A DNA stretch of 64,000 bases from positions 6,283,149 to 6,347,148 of the forward strand of contig MU058213.1 in the NCBI GenBank assembly GCA_013265495.1. Direction: 5' to 3'. The position numbers and the translations under genes are program-made. The notes under the pieces were generated by a model. It was not told where the DNA came from. It saw only the letters and a program-made list of their open reading frames with translations, and ran no database searches. The stretch is from Vicugna vicugna (taxonomy: Eukaryota). Below, piece by piece: positions 1 through 11,971 of the stretch (the first letter of the stretch is position 1; each line of letters starts with the position of its first letter).

Positions 1-627
1 TATTTCCTGCCTACAAGAGTCTAGAAGGGCAAGAGCTTTGTGGGGAAGGACAGGAATGCGAGATAGATGGAGAATGTAGCTGGGGCTTGGGGGCAGGAGT
101 GAGAAAGAGCTAGAAGGAAGAGGCTATGAAAATTCCAATTTTTTTCCTACACCCCAAGCCCTTGTCCTATAGAATAGAAACAGAGCACAGAGCTCTGTCC
201 CAAAGTACAGTCATTTCCTTCTTATTACGTGTCCTCAAGTAATAAATGTTAATTTTATAATGAAAGAACAATGAAGCCCCACCAGGGAAATAAGGAGCTT
301 TCAACTATTTACATAAAAGTCAAAACATTATGCCCTTGATTTATATTTGAAGTCTGTATGGGACGTATTTCTCTTCGTGATCACAGGAGAATATGAAAAG
401 CTAATCAATACAAGACCAGTGCTTTATAACTATTCTGAAAAATCAAGTTAATCGTCAGTCAATAACACATACCATTGCCACATGGTAACTTATAGTGGTT
501 TAATGTCTCTGGGAATCTTACAAAGAATTATTTTAACTCAGTATTTTCAACTTCCCTTCTCTCTAAAGATTTATTATATTTGCTTTTCAAACATTTCCAG
601 TAAAAGGAGGTTTTAGACCAAGGTCCC

Positions 628-716
628 TGGACAAGAGACTCGTAGTCTAAGGCCACATCTTCTATTAACTTGGTGAGTGACCTTGGTCAGGCTACTTAAA
701 TTCTCTAAACTTTAGA
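628..716 (+). mobile_element. MIR SINE fragment
   Basis: MIR core-like GTGACCTTGGTCAGGCTACTTAAATTCTCT. Confidence 0.55.
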
Positions 717-1359
717 GAGTCATTTGGGGAGGCCATGCACCAGTTTAGGGACTTAGGGTTCTTCTTCCCGGGGAAAAATGGACACAAGGAGACAGGCACA
801 AACTTCAGCATACAATTTCAAAGCACCACCGCCCTCCCCGACCCCACTCTCTGCCTCCAAGAAGGCTCTAGGACATTTCTCATCTTGACATTCTGTTTAA
901 AGGTAACTGAGCGTTGAAAGAGACAAGCATTATTTGCATAGCCATCACCATGATACAGGTGTGTATGAGAAGGAATGAATAGACGAATAAGCATGAACTA
1001 GCTCTCTGCAAATCACACCTAAAGGTCGTGCCTGAGTAGAGCTAGGATTATAGGGTGGGGGCCACCCCCCTGCTCTGCACACCAAAACTGTGGATGCCGA
1101 GATATCACTGCCAGATGCTCCTGCGGATGAGATCAGGCCAAACTTTAAGGAGTCCCCCCAGTGCCTGGAGATGTCTACCATATTCTGTAAAACTAAGAGT
1201 CAAAGAGAAGCTACTTACTTTGGTTCTGTGCACCAAAGGGGTTCTATACACCAAGGGGGTACACCCCTCCTTCCAGCCCAAGGAATAGGTAGTATCAAGA
1301 GCTGAGAGCTGAGGTTTTTGCATTATTTAAATTTCAATGTAACACAAGAGGTAGTTAGG

Positions 1360-2040
1360 ATGAAATGATATGAGACGTAGGATTTGCTTCAAAATAAACC
1401 AAGGGAAGGTGAGAATAGAGAAAAATAAGACTGGAAAAATTACATGCCAAAAAATTAAGACAACCTAGGAGAAACACATGAATTCCTATAAACATACAAT
1501 CTACCATGGCTGAATCAAGGAAAAATAGAAAATTTGAACAGGCCAATTACTAGTAAGGAGACTAAATCAGTAATCCAAAAACTCCCCACAAAGAAAAGTC
1601 CAAGACCAGATGGCTTTACCGGTGAATTCTACCAAACGTTTAAGGAAGAATTAATACCAATCCTCTCAAATACTTCTCAAAAATAGAAAAGGGAGGAACA
1701 CTTCCAAACTCATTTTACAAGGCCAGCATTACCCTAATACCAAAACCAGACAAGAACACAACAAGGAAATTATAGTGCAATATCCCTGATGAACATAGAT
1801 GCAAAAACCCTCAACAAAATGCTAGCAAACCGAGTTCAATAATACAGTAAAAGGATCATACACCGCGAGCAAGTGGGATTTATTCCAGGGATGCATGAAT
1901 AGCTCGACATCTGCACATCAATCAATGTGATGCATCACATTAGCAAAACAGAGGAAATAAGATTGGCTGTGAGCTGTCAGTCGTTGAAGTTGGGGGATGA
2001 ATTTTCTCCCCATTTGCGCAGTTTAAATTTTTCCATTTAA
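1360..2040 (+). mobile_element. Old L1ME-type 3' end, split by the L1 ORF2 fragment at 1435-1949
   Basis: ATGAAATGATATGAGACGTAGGATTTGCTTCAAAATAA...AAATAAGATTGGCTGTGAGCTG...GTTGAAGTTGGGGGATGA resembles L1ME 3'UTR once the insert is removed. Confidence 0.55.
1435..1949 (+). mobile_element. Internal L1 ORF2 fragment (Z domain / start of RT), degraded
   Basis: Encodes [24 protein letters not shown] and ISLMNIDAKTLNKMLANR, typical L1 ORF2 motifs, with stops and frameshifts. Confidence 0.92.
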
Positions 2041-2055
2041 AAAGAGAAAAGGTGA

Positions 2056-2200
2056 GGGGGTAGAGTCTAGCTCAGTGGTACAGTGCATGCCTAGCATGCA
2101 CAAGGTCCTGGGTTCAATCCCCAGTACCTCCATTAAAATAAATATTAAAAAGGTAAATAAACCTAATTCTCCTCCACCCTCAGAAAGAAAAAAAAAAGTT
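2056..2200 (+). mobile_element. tRNA-Ala-derived camelid SINE (Vic-1 type)
   Basis: A box TAGCTCAGTGG, B box GGTTCAATCC, AT-rich/ACCTAATT tail, TSD TAAAAAGAGAA(AA)GGTGA. Confidence 0.9.
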
Positions 2201-2949
2201 TAAAAAGAGAAGGTGAAAGGGAAACTCAAAGGGAAAGATCCATATGTTAATGGATTTTTTTTTCTTGAGACCTGTGCACAAAACTTAAGTTAGCCCTACT
2301 CGATTCCGCAAAAAGGAAAGTCTGTGGCTCACAGAAAATGGAGGTGACACCAATGTGGGTTATTCTGGGAATCATCAGGCAGTACAAAAGACATGACTTT
2401 AATCCAAGACAAAAAAGTATTTTGGAGTGTGTGAAGGACGTCTTTCGGAGCCGGCCGACAAGGCAGTGAACAGTATTGTCCTCACCTGTTCCAAACAGTG
2501 CTGCTCCACCCTTCTGTCCAGCAGGCCATCCAGCCAGGTCTGGTTTGGCATGATTCACTGCTCTCTAAGCTTGGACTTAATTATGAAATGCTTATTTTGA
2601 CAAAGCTCCCTTTACCAGAAGGAAAAAGGAAAAAAAAAAAGATTTTTCCTTCTTGTTGCTAGCTTCTGCTTTTACTTTTCTTCCCCAGCAAAAACAGCAA
2701 TTTTAAAATCATACTGAGGCTCCATAATACAAAAGAACTACAATTTTAATTCCTCATGCTATGGGAAAACAGCAGCGGACGTATGAGGAGCAATGGGGGC
2801 TTCTGAACACACAGTTCATAGGAGCAGCCGGGAAAACGGGACTTGCCACTGAATCTATTCCAGCCCCAATGTATTCACCCAGTTGAGGCAAGCTGAAAGA
2901 AAAGGCTGAGGGTGGGAACTGTACCTTCTAAGTACGAAGGTATCTTCTC

Positions 2950-3359
2950 CCATGCTAACCCTGAGGGTGGCCATGTGACTTGATTTGGCCAGGGGGACGT
3001 CAAGCATGATGTAAGCAGAGGTTTAAAAAATGCTTGTGCATGGATGGTAGCTTGCTTTCTCTTTTGCTGTTCTTGTGACCACTGCTTTGTAAACAAGCCA
3101 GGACTAGCCTATTGTGAAAGAGACACATGGCCAAGTCATCTCCACTGCCCCAACTGAAACGGGGCCGACTACCAGACATGTGAGCCATCTCAGCTCATCC
3201 ATCCCCAGCCACGGCACCAGCTGCCCACAGGGATCAGCTGAGCCAGTCCAGCCAAGAACTCCCCCAGCCGATGCACGAAATCACGAAAAATAATAAATCT
3301 TTACTATTTAAACCACCGAGTTGTGGGGCAGTTAATTACTCCACAACTTAACAGACACA
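2950..3359 (+). mobile_element. MaLR solo LTR (MLT1F/G/H-like)
   Basis: GGCCATGTGACTTGATTTGGCCA, CCCAGCCGA, AATAAA...TTTAAACCACCGAGTTGTGGGG...AACAGACACA typical MLT1 end. Confidence 0.75.
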
Positions 3360-4904
3360 ACAAGGTAAGAAACGGTGAGAAAGAGATGCTTAAGAGGTTC
3401 TGAACATCCTGAGACATAATCCCTAATGGAATTTTACATAGCCTTCAATGGAGACTTACTATCGATTTGATTCTATGTCAGCTGTCGCTAAAATAACCTG
3501 ACATAGACCCAAAATTGACCTTACTCTCTAAGATTCACCTCAAGACAATGTTTGCTACAACTCTGGGAATGATTCTGTATGGACTTTGGAGGTCTGTGAA
3601 CTGCCTAAAATTAAATGAACAATTGTGTTCATGTATTTTTTTCTTAATTGCAAGAAGATATTAAAACTATGGACAATAACAGAAATATTTATGTCCACAC
3701 TGCCCAGAATGAATGATACTCTTTTATCCTGTTTGCTTTGGATTTTAATGCATAAAGCAAATAAAACATTCCTAATAGAGTTAAAGGTAGTCCACTGATC
3801 TCAGTTCTCTCTTTTCCTCCTTCCCCCTTCAGCAGCTTGAATCTGTGATCTTTCTAGCCCATCAATTTGTATTTTTAAAAGAATATATACATAAATAAAT
3901 ACATATATGAATATATATCCTCAAACAATAGAGATAGCCTTGTTCTATGTTTTGAAATTTTTCTTAAATGACTTTACATGGATCTCTCTACAACTTGCTT
4001 CTAAACCAAACACGACCTTTGTAAGATATAGCCATACTGATTCCCTGTTATCAACAAGTCACATGTGTTCATGCATTTATCTACTAACGGATATTTAGAT
4101 TGTTCCTTTTTGTCTGGTTCGGGTTTTCTTTGTTGTTACAAACACTGTCAGGAAGCACGTCAATAGTTTCCAACATAGTTTCAGAGGGCCTCGGGACACC
4201 GCCAAATATTAAGAATCTCAGACAATCTGAGGAAGAATTCTGCAATTCTATTTCTGCATCAGAGCATCCCCAAGTCTTGGAGGTGCCATCTTAATTCATA
4301 CTCCAAAATAGTTTCCAAGATGTTTCTACATTCAAATCGAAAATGTCCTGTAACAAAGGTCCATATTTAATTGGGACACTAAAAACAACCCTAATTTTTT
4401 TGTTGTTGAAAATTCTTTAGAATCAGACAACAATACTGTCCAAATCATTCTGTTAGCAAGTAATGTTATGCTCAATTGATGTCAACATCAAATGCTGGTC
4501 ACACCAATTAAATTGCTAAGAGACTAATGATATGCTATCTTAATTTTTCTGTTTGTTTTCTGTCATGTGCTTAAGGACTCAAGGGCTGAGTTTCTCATGG
4601 TTATCTTGTTTCCCTTATTTTTTATTTTTTAAACTGAAATCAGAGAGCTTTGTAGCATGACTTTTACTTCTATGCTTGATTGCAGTGTGATATCATCTAG
4701 TCCCAAATGTGATATGCAAAACTCCTAAGACAAGTAAGTTAAGGCTCAGACTTTAAAACAGACTTCAAACAAACAAACAAAAAACCCTTGTTTTCCCTCA
4801 GGAGTATGTGAAGTGATGGACGTGTTACGTGCTATACAGAAACCTAGAGCCAGAAATTTCAAATTCAGAAACAGTGTATTCCATTGCTTCTGAAAGAGCA
4901 CAAA

Positions 4905-5050
4905 GTTAGCAGACTGGGTTCCTCACATAACGTTGAGTGGCCCTGAACAAGTCTCTTTCCCTCACTACAGTGCAGTCTTCTTACCTGTAGAATGGCAAAA
5001 CAAACCATCACTGGTTGCAAGAATGAAATGAAATCAGCCATATGAAAGTC
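4905..5050 (+). mobile_element. MIR SINE
   Basis: CTGAACAAGTCTCTTTCCCTC...CAGTCTTCTTACCTGTAGAATGG...GAATGAAATGAAAT core. Confidence 0.65.
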
Positions 5051-6077
5051 CTTCGTTATCATTTCTCCCCGAGACTGTGAGCACCTCATAAGCAGAGGTG
5101 GTGCTTAGTTCATCTCTGACTTCCTGGCAGTCGCCACAGCACCTGGTTAAGAATGCCCGCGTCCCAGGCATGTATGCCAAGCTCCTTTGCAGCTCCTGTG
5201 TCTTCTCCACTTCGGGGTTCAAAGCTCCTGGTCTCCAACCCCTTGGGTTCTTTGACAGGGACATTCCTATCTGCCGAGTTAGAGTCAGAGGCCTGAGCAC
5301 TGACTGCTGTCACACATTTGAGTGTCAGCACCGTCAGCTACAGGGAACACCCACTGAACCCACCTCAGGTCAGGACCTGGGAGTGTGGGGTGTGCCCCCA
5401 AGCCCGCCGGTCCCTCTTCGGACTCAGTACCAAAGAGGGCGCTCCTCATCTCAGGGGGACGGAAGGCTGAGCAGCCCAACACTGAGCAAGGCCATTCCAG
5501 GGGGTGCAGGGAGGGACACTCCCTGGTGCATCTGGAGGAAAGGTCTCCGTGTCGCTATGATGCAATCATGCTACACGGGGTTATCACACCACCACCAAAA
5601 CGCGAAGATAACCGTGCTTCCCAAGGAAAAGAACTTAGAAACCAACTGGGGAAAAACAGAACACACACGGTGTATTTGTCTCCTAATTACAACTACATAA
5701 CCACCACGTGAGTTGGATAGTCTGTAAAAGAAGCCAAAGGCATGAAAATAATTACCGTGAGGGATATGCTGGGTGAATGGGCCTCAGTTTTTTTCTTATA
5801 ATCTTTTAAAGTTGATACAGTAATGAATCAAAAATAAGTAACAATCTTCCATCTCCAAGCAGGCTTTTTTGAAGGGTCCCAGAAAGAAAACTACCTGGTC
5901 ACACCAGATTCTAACCCACTGCTGTAGTTTGGAGGGGAAAGAATCCCTTATCAAACAGGATCAGAAAATCTGGATTCTGGCACCAGATCACCCAAAACCT
6001 TGCTCTGAGACTTTGCAAGTCATTTGCTCCTTCTAGACCTTTCTGTGAAGCCAAGCAAAAGGACTTAGGATAGACTC

Positions 6078-6268
6078 TTTTTTTTATTTTATTTTTAATT
6101 ATTTTAACATTTTTTATTGAGCTATAGTCATTTTATAATGTTGTGTCAAATTCCAGTGTAGAGCACAATTTTTCAATTATACATGAACATACCTATATTC
6201 ATTGTCACATTTTTTTTCCCCACTATGAGCTACCACAAGATCTTGTATATATTTCCCTGTGCTATACT
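6078..6268 (-). mobile_element. Short 5'-truncated lineage-specific L1 3' end
   Basis: T-rich tail, TTGAGCTATAGTCATTTTATAATGTTGTGTCAAATT shared with other L1 copies in the window; TSD GGATAGACTC/GGAGAGACTC. Confidence 0.9.
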
Positions 6269-7841
6269 GGAGAGACTCCTAAACCCTATTCTGGGCGTTC
6301 TATAATGCAGTATATGTCTTATGTTCCACAATGCAGCATATGATTGTAAAGGTCTATGAATGAATTTTCAACAAACATATCACAGATCAAAATACTTAAG
6401 AAAGTGTGGCCCCCTAAGAGCGGTTCTTATAGTACTGATTCCCGGGAAGAACCACCTCCTTTTTAGCCCCCAGAACCTATCTGACATCTTCAGTAGGACC
6501 AATTTTTTTTCTCCTTGGAGGCAGAATGTAACATCCGGAAACAGCTGGAGGAGCCTGGTGCAAAGTCTGGTGAGTAAGATGGGACGATCAGGCTGGACAC
6601 TAACATTTTAGGTCATAAAGGAAGTAAAAACATTTTCTTGAATGACCATTTGGAAGTGCTCTGAACATCGTTAATGGCAGTGTTCCCATGGTGACAACTC
6701 AGAAGGGAAGGCTGACTTCATTTGGATGTACAGGGTAAGGTCCATGGCTTATTAAAGCCAATATCCCCAAGTTCAGGGACGAGTCATAAGTTCTCCTTCT
6801 CTCAAGTATGGCTGTCATCAAGACATGTAAAAAAAAATGCATCACAATGCTCCCAAACCCATCATCTCTGCCAAAATAAATTCTGAAGTTGAAATTCAAA
6901 ATGCAATTAACAAATTACCATTATTACAGAATGTGCTTCTAAAGCCAAGCTGTTTATTTTTAATACCTCTGGCATTTAACCTTTAACTCCTTGTTTGTTC
7001 TGTAAACATTGAGTCCCAGCAAGGTAAAAAAAAATGGAAATATGAAAAACTCACCATGGAGAAACTCATTTTAATCACATACTGATAAAAATACAAGTTG
7101 CTGCCTCTTTGCAAAAAAAAAGCAAAAAAAAAGCAGATGACACACTTGGAAAATCATGACTGTACATAATTTCTATATATCCAATAATGAAGCTCTACAT
7201 TTGTATAGAGGTATCAAAATATTTCTGCTGATGAAAAGAGCTTTCACACGTTCTCACCAAATAAGGAGATCCAGCCCCCTCATCAGGAAATGCGAAGTAC
7301 TCTCTTATTTAGTCTCTCACAAGCTCATGACATTGTCAGGAGCAAAATGTTGCATTCCAAGTCATATTTATCAAAAAGTTCATTATCTAGCCCCAAGGAG
7401 AACCCCTGAAACAGACGTCAGATTCATACGATGCAACTGGGAAAGTGGTAATAAAAGAGGTCCATCGTGTAATACGGTGGGCGAGGGCACGGGGTTTGTG
7501 GGAGGCAGGGGGAGTACATTTCCACTGGAGGGAGTTCAAGGGTTAAGAAAAAGTTCAATTTACAGCCTGGCCACTCACAGAACTACCTACACAGGTGTTT
7601 CACTAGCTCCAAGTGGTTGCAGCTGGACAAAGATTGCCCCTGTTTACTAGTTTTGAGAGTCCAAGGGCTGAAAACACCAGGCAACTCCTTCTCTGAAGGG
7701 AAACGCAGTGGAAAGGCGTGGATGCGTCAATAAAAATCTAATGTCATTACTGGGTATGTGGCTCAAGTGTAGACATTCCAACCGGTGAGTGAATGCAGGA
7801 AAACACTGTGGTTCATGGGACACCACTTTTGAGATTCACAG

Positions 7842-8109
7842 CAGAGTGGCTGCAAACTGCTGAGCTGCTTGGCATCTCAGCGATGATCAAAACACTTAAA
7901 AATTGGCAGGTCTGGCCTAAAAATTGAGATTTCCAGCTTCTCTTGAGAAAGCAGACAATGTAGTAATATGGTACCCACAGCCTAGGGTCAAGGAAGGAAC
8001 AGTGCCTTTTCAGATGGGCATCTGTTCTGTCTTGACTCTCCAGAGGCCAGCCTCACCCCATCAAAAACTGCACCCTGGCCTCTGGGGACATGTGAGTTTG
8101 CAACCACTG
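7842..8109. mobile_element. hAT-Charlie non-autonomous DNA transposon (MER102-like)
   Basis: Terminal inverted repeats CAGAGTGGCTGCAAACT / AGTTTGCAACCACTG; internal GATTTCCAGCTTCTCTTGA. Confidence 0.7.
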
Positions 8110-11100
8110 ATTAAGCTGAAATCCCCAGGAAAACTGAGGAGGAAGTGGCTTTCAGCTTCTGTAATTGTCTGCATCCTCCGCTTCTCCATCCTCTCCATTC
8201 CCCGCCCCACCCAGCCTCCCTCCTTGCACCGGGCTGTCAAAAGTTTCCCAGTAGATGGGCCCACCCACACTGGCCCCTAGACAAGGTCCTGGACTCCACT
8301 CTTTTCCCTAACCCCTCTGTCTCCATCAAAACTTTTCTGGACCTCTCATCCCATTCCTTTCTGTTTTGGTTTTGCGTTGGGTTGTTTTGGCCAGGAGACT
8401 GCTAGAAATCTGATAAACTCATCAGTGAGGATGGACTAGGGTACCTTCCCAGACAACATGTCTGAAATGGATTCCACAGATTTTCTAAATATATGCCGTG
8501 CCGTCACCCGAAAGAACTTAACCTACACCTTGTCACCAGCTAGCCATCAGATTTCTAAGTTAGCACATCTAGTCCTGTGTATTTCTATGTGTAATATCTG
8601 CAGTTTACACACAAGTAACATGGCCATAAGAAGGAAACATAACTTGAATGTATTCTGAGGTGGTGGCCAATTCAGATTCACTCAGATATGTCTGCACATC
8701 TAAGTCACAAATGCCTTATGAATCATAATTTCTAGCTCCAAAGTACAAGGCAGAACTACACACATGGGTTTCAGTCCATTAGACAGTACAAACTGCTCAT
8801 GGCCACAAAAGCAGAACTTCTTTTGTGGATGATGATAAAGCCAGATTCTACAAAGGAAATCTTAGTTCGGTATTACTATTAGTTAAAGTCAAAGGAGATG
8901 GTTGTCCCCTTCTAACCAATGTACAATAAATTATAAAGACATGCAGAGATTTTGGGGTTTTTTTCCCAGTTCTTCAAATCTCCTAAGAAAAAAAGAAACA
9001 AATTGCTACTGCCTGATAGTGTTCTTGGTTTTCCAAAGATGAAAAGTGTCCCAAAGTGTTTTCAAGAGGACAATATGAGGTGAACTGTAAGCATGAGTGA
9101 GAAAATGGCAATCTTCCTTATGAATCACAATTGAGTGAGTCTTGGTAGGGCCTTAGGTACAGGTGGAGAGCCCTCCTAATGTGCAATCAAATTTCCTAAG
9201 ATCTCTCTCTCTCTCACTCACATACACACCCAGAAAGAGAGAGAAACCCACAGTATAGGTGCCAAGAGCCTGATGAATTATATTCTTCATGCTAACACTC
9301 AACCACACCCACTGGAGGCAGTGCCCTTCTCTTCCTGTTCCAAGCAGCTGAAGGATGCAGCTGGGCAGACTCAGACAGACATGAAACACAAAGTGACGCC
9401 TCGTTTGGCTTGAAAGGGGTCTTCTATAGGTAGTAAATCCTATAACTGAGGATTCTGACGATTTAAGGTGCCAATGCTCTGTTCTAAGGCAACTTCATGT
9501 ATCTACCACACAGACTTCATTTCTCAGAAATGCTTCACTTAGTTTTTGCCAAATTACTCTAGATTCAGTAGATGGAGAGGGGCTATCTCCTATTTCAGGA
9601 CAGCGAGGTCAGGGAATCGTGGCCCCAGCAACCATACCTGATGCACTGATAGTCTCCGGGCAGCCCACAATATGGCCATCTGTGCTGCTGGCAGAGAACC
9701 CATCAACAGGTAAGTCACACCCTGTCCTTCCACAGACATCCTGCACACTCTGAAAACAACTCTCTTCCTTAGAACATGCCTCTCCTGCACCCACTTCACC
9801 AACTACCACTTCAACAGCACTGGCCCGAGTTGAGCGTCCAGTTTCCGAAGTCTCCAGAAAGGCATCTTACATTACTTTTTAGTCTGTCCAAGCATGAAAA
9901 ATGAGTCAACTAAAGGAAAGTTAATTTTCTCAAGGTATCACTCAAGCATTTAAATTCAGGAAGATTCTTTCAGCTCTTCACATAAAACATTGATTTTTTT
10001 TTTTTAAGAAATATTGAACCATGGAAAATACTAACGGCAATTCTAAAGTACTCAGACTCACATTGCTTACGTTCAAGCAGCCAATTAGGCAGTGGCCCAA
10101 TTAAACAGCTCCACTCAAACACACAGTGTAAATAAGTGGTTCTTTACGGGGGCTCCAAAAATAAGGTGGGGTGTTGTGACTTCTTATAGCCTAAAACTGA
10201 AAGGGAAAATTTACTTGCAGATAAAGTGTCCTCTTAGGTAGAGGCAAAGGTGACAATTTTAGACCACGTGAAAAGAAAAAAAGCTTTGATCAAGAGTGCC
10301 CTTTTAAAGGTGTTTGTTTGTATGGTTGGTTGGGGTTTTTTTTTATCATTCTTTCGTGTAAACACAGCGCTAGGTCAAGGGCTGCTTTTGAGCTTCGCGT
10401 GTAGGATGCGATGGGCCTTCGCTACGTTTCCCTCAGGCTGGTCCTGCGGGATTTGAGATTTTTAAATTCGTGCTGCACTGGTCACCACTTTTACAGCCAC
10501 TAAAAAACAACAAAAACAATCCAGAAGAGGACCAGTTCATCCACCTAAACCGGATTATCTGAAAAGAAGCAAGTGTGGAAACTATGAAGCCTTGCAGCAG
10601 AACTTTTTCCCCCCTCTGATGGACTGCCAATCTCTTCAAAACAGTCCTTGCTTTTGTGCTTCGTCAAGAGAAGTGCACCACCCCAAAGCCCAAGGGATGC
10701 GGCTAAGGTTATTGGGGGCGGGGAGGACGGGGTAGAGGAAAAGTCAGAGGCGAGTTGGAGAAAGAGCCAGCCACTGGCAGAGATTCCCAAAGTGCCACAG
10801 GAACAAGAACGAAAAACTCGACTTCCTCCCGTGCGAACGGTTCGCTGTACGCCCGAAAAGTGCCAGCCCCCTCGCGCCTGGGAAAGGGCGGGGAGCGGGG
10901 GTGGGGGGTATGTTTACTCGACCTCTTAGGCGCAGAGACCCTCCGCGCCGGCGCCCCGCGGAGCCCAGGCCGGCGTGGCCCCCCGCGGCCCCGCCGCTCC
11001 GCGGCTCGCAACCGCGCGCCCGCCGCCAGGTGCTCGCCCTACCTGGCGCCCCGCTGCCTTCGTGCGGCCGCGCCGCCCCTGCCGGGAGTGCGGGTGCCAG

Positions 11101-11532
11101 CGGGACAGCTGCGGCGCTGCCGGGGGAGGAGCGGGGTCCGCCGCGCGGGGAGCGCGCGCACGGAGGGGCGCGGGCGGCTGCCCCCACCTCCCCAGCGGGA
11201 AGAAAGCGGGCGCCTCCCGGGGCCGTGCCCCTGAACGCGCACCTCCCCGCGCGCCGGCTTCCGACAGCTGGCAGCCATGGCCACCCGGCCACGAAAAGTT
11301 TCGGGACGCCCAGAGCGACTCCAAAGAAAGTTTTCCTTGGCCCCTCGCCTCCTCTGCCCCAGCCCCGGTGGCAGGGAAGCGGCAGGAAATCAGGGTTCGC
11401 GACGTGCCGACTCTCGCGTCCACCTTCTCCACCCCTGGCCTCGGCAGCGCGCCCAAGGTGGGTGCCCCGCGCCCGGGCTTCCCGCCCCATCCCGGGGTCA
11501 AGCGCCCCGGGACGTCGGCGCAGCCAGCTCAC

Positions 11533-11535
11533 CAT
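11533..11535 (-). CDS. MYO1E: Coding part of exon 1 (initiator ATG only) of probable unconventional myosin-Ie
   Basis: Minus strand GCGCGAGTCACC-ATG|GTGAGC: strong Kozak followed immediately by a donor. An ATG-only exon 1, a huge intron 1, a CArG promoter and a divergent RFX-type CpG promoter about 50 kb away match my recollection of the MYO1E/FAM81A locus. No protein-level evidence in the window. Confidence 0.72.
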
Positions 11536-11910
11536 GGTGACTCGCGCCGCGGTCGCGCCTCCTCCGGGTCCGGCTGCCGGGGAGCTGAGCTGGAACGCAG
11601 TCTCCTGGGCGAACTTCAAAAGTTGGTTCCCTTCGCCAAAAACAGGCTCTCGACACCCAAGCACTCACAGGAACCAATGGGAACCTTGGGGGTACTCCAT
11701 CCAGGCGGGATCCGCGGCGTTAGGTGAGGGCGAGAAGGAAGCGACCTAGCAGACCGGGCACATGCTGCCGAGGGCAGGGGTCCACCGGGACCGGGCGCTC
11801 GCCGCCCGCCGCCCGCCGATGTGAGTCCGCAGCTCTCCGCGCGTCAGACTAGCCGCCCTGCCTCGCTCCTTTTTCTTCGGCCACTTACTCCGTACTCCTC
11901 TGGCTGAGCC
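11533..11910 (-). other. MYO1E: Exon 1 (mostly 5'UTR); TSS approximate
   Basis: 3' boundary fixed by the donor; 5' boundary inferred from the CArG/CCAAT position. Confidence 0.6.
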
Positions 11911-11933
11911 TCGGCTCGGGCTGGGCAATCTGT

Positions 11934-11943
11934 CCATAAATGG
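11934..11943. promoter_or_regulatory. CArG box (SRF site)
   Basis: CCATAAATGG = perfect CC(A/T)6GG. Confidence 0.8.
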
Positions 11944-11960
11944 AGAATTCAGCTCAGGCC

Positions 11961-11971
11961 TGACCAATCAG
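11961..11971 (+). promoter_or_regulatory. CCAAT box (NF-Y)
   Basis: TGACCAATCAG, full NF-Y consensus, in the proximal promoter. Confidence 0.75.

Larger units (their letters stand above)
1..11532 (-). other. MYO1E: Intron 1 (partial) of the minus-strand gene (probable MYO1E)
   Basis: Starts at donor GTGAGC (minus strand, 11532-11527). No recognisable myosin coding exon in 1-11532, consistent with a very long first intron. Confidence 0.7.

Noticed and set aside
5034..5711. 200-aa ORF and overlapping ORFs in intron 1
   Set aside because: Non-ATG start for the longest, no recognisable homology, no clear exon boundaries or retrogene hallmarks
11533..11535. Alternative identity as DSTN/CFL-type gene (also ATG-only exon 1 and SRF targets)
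   Set aside because: Recalled neighbourhoods do not fit a 50-kb gene-free gap ending in a divergent RFX-type promoter; MYO1E fits better but needs BLAST confirmation
10648..11749. Many long overlapping ORFs (up to 306 aa) on both strands
   Set aside because: Expected in a GC-rich CpG island with few stop codons; low-complexity Arg/Gly/Pro/Ala; they cross the splice donor
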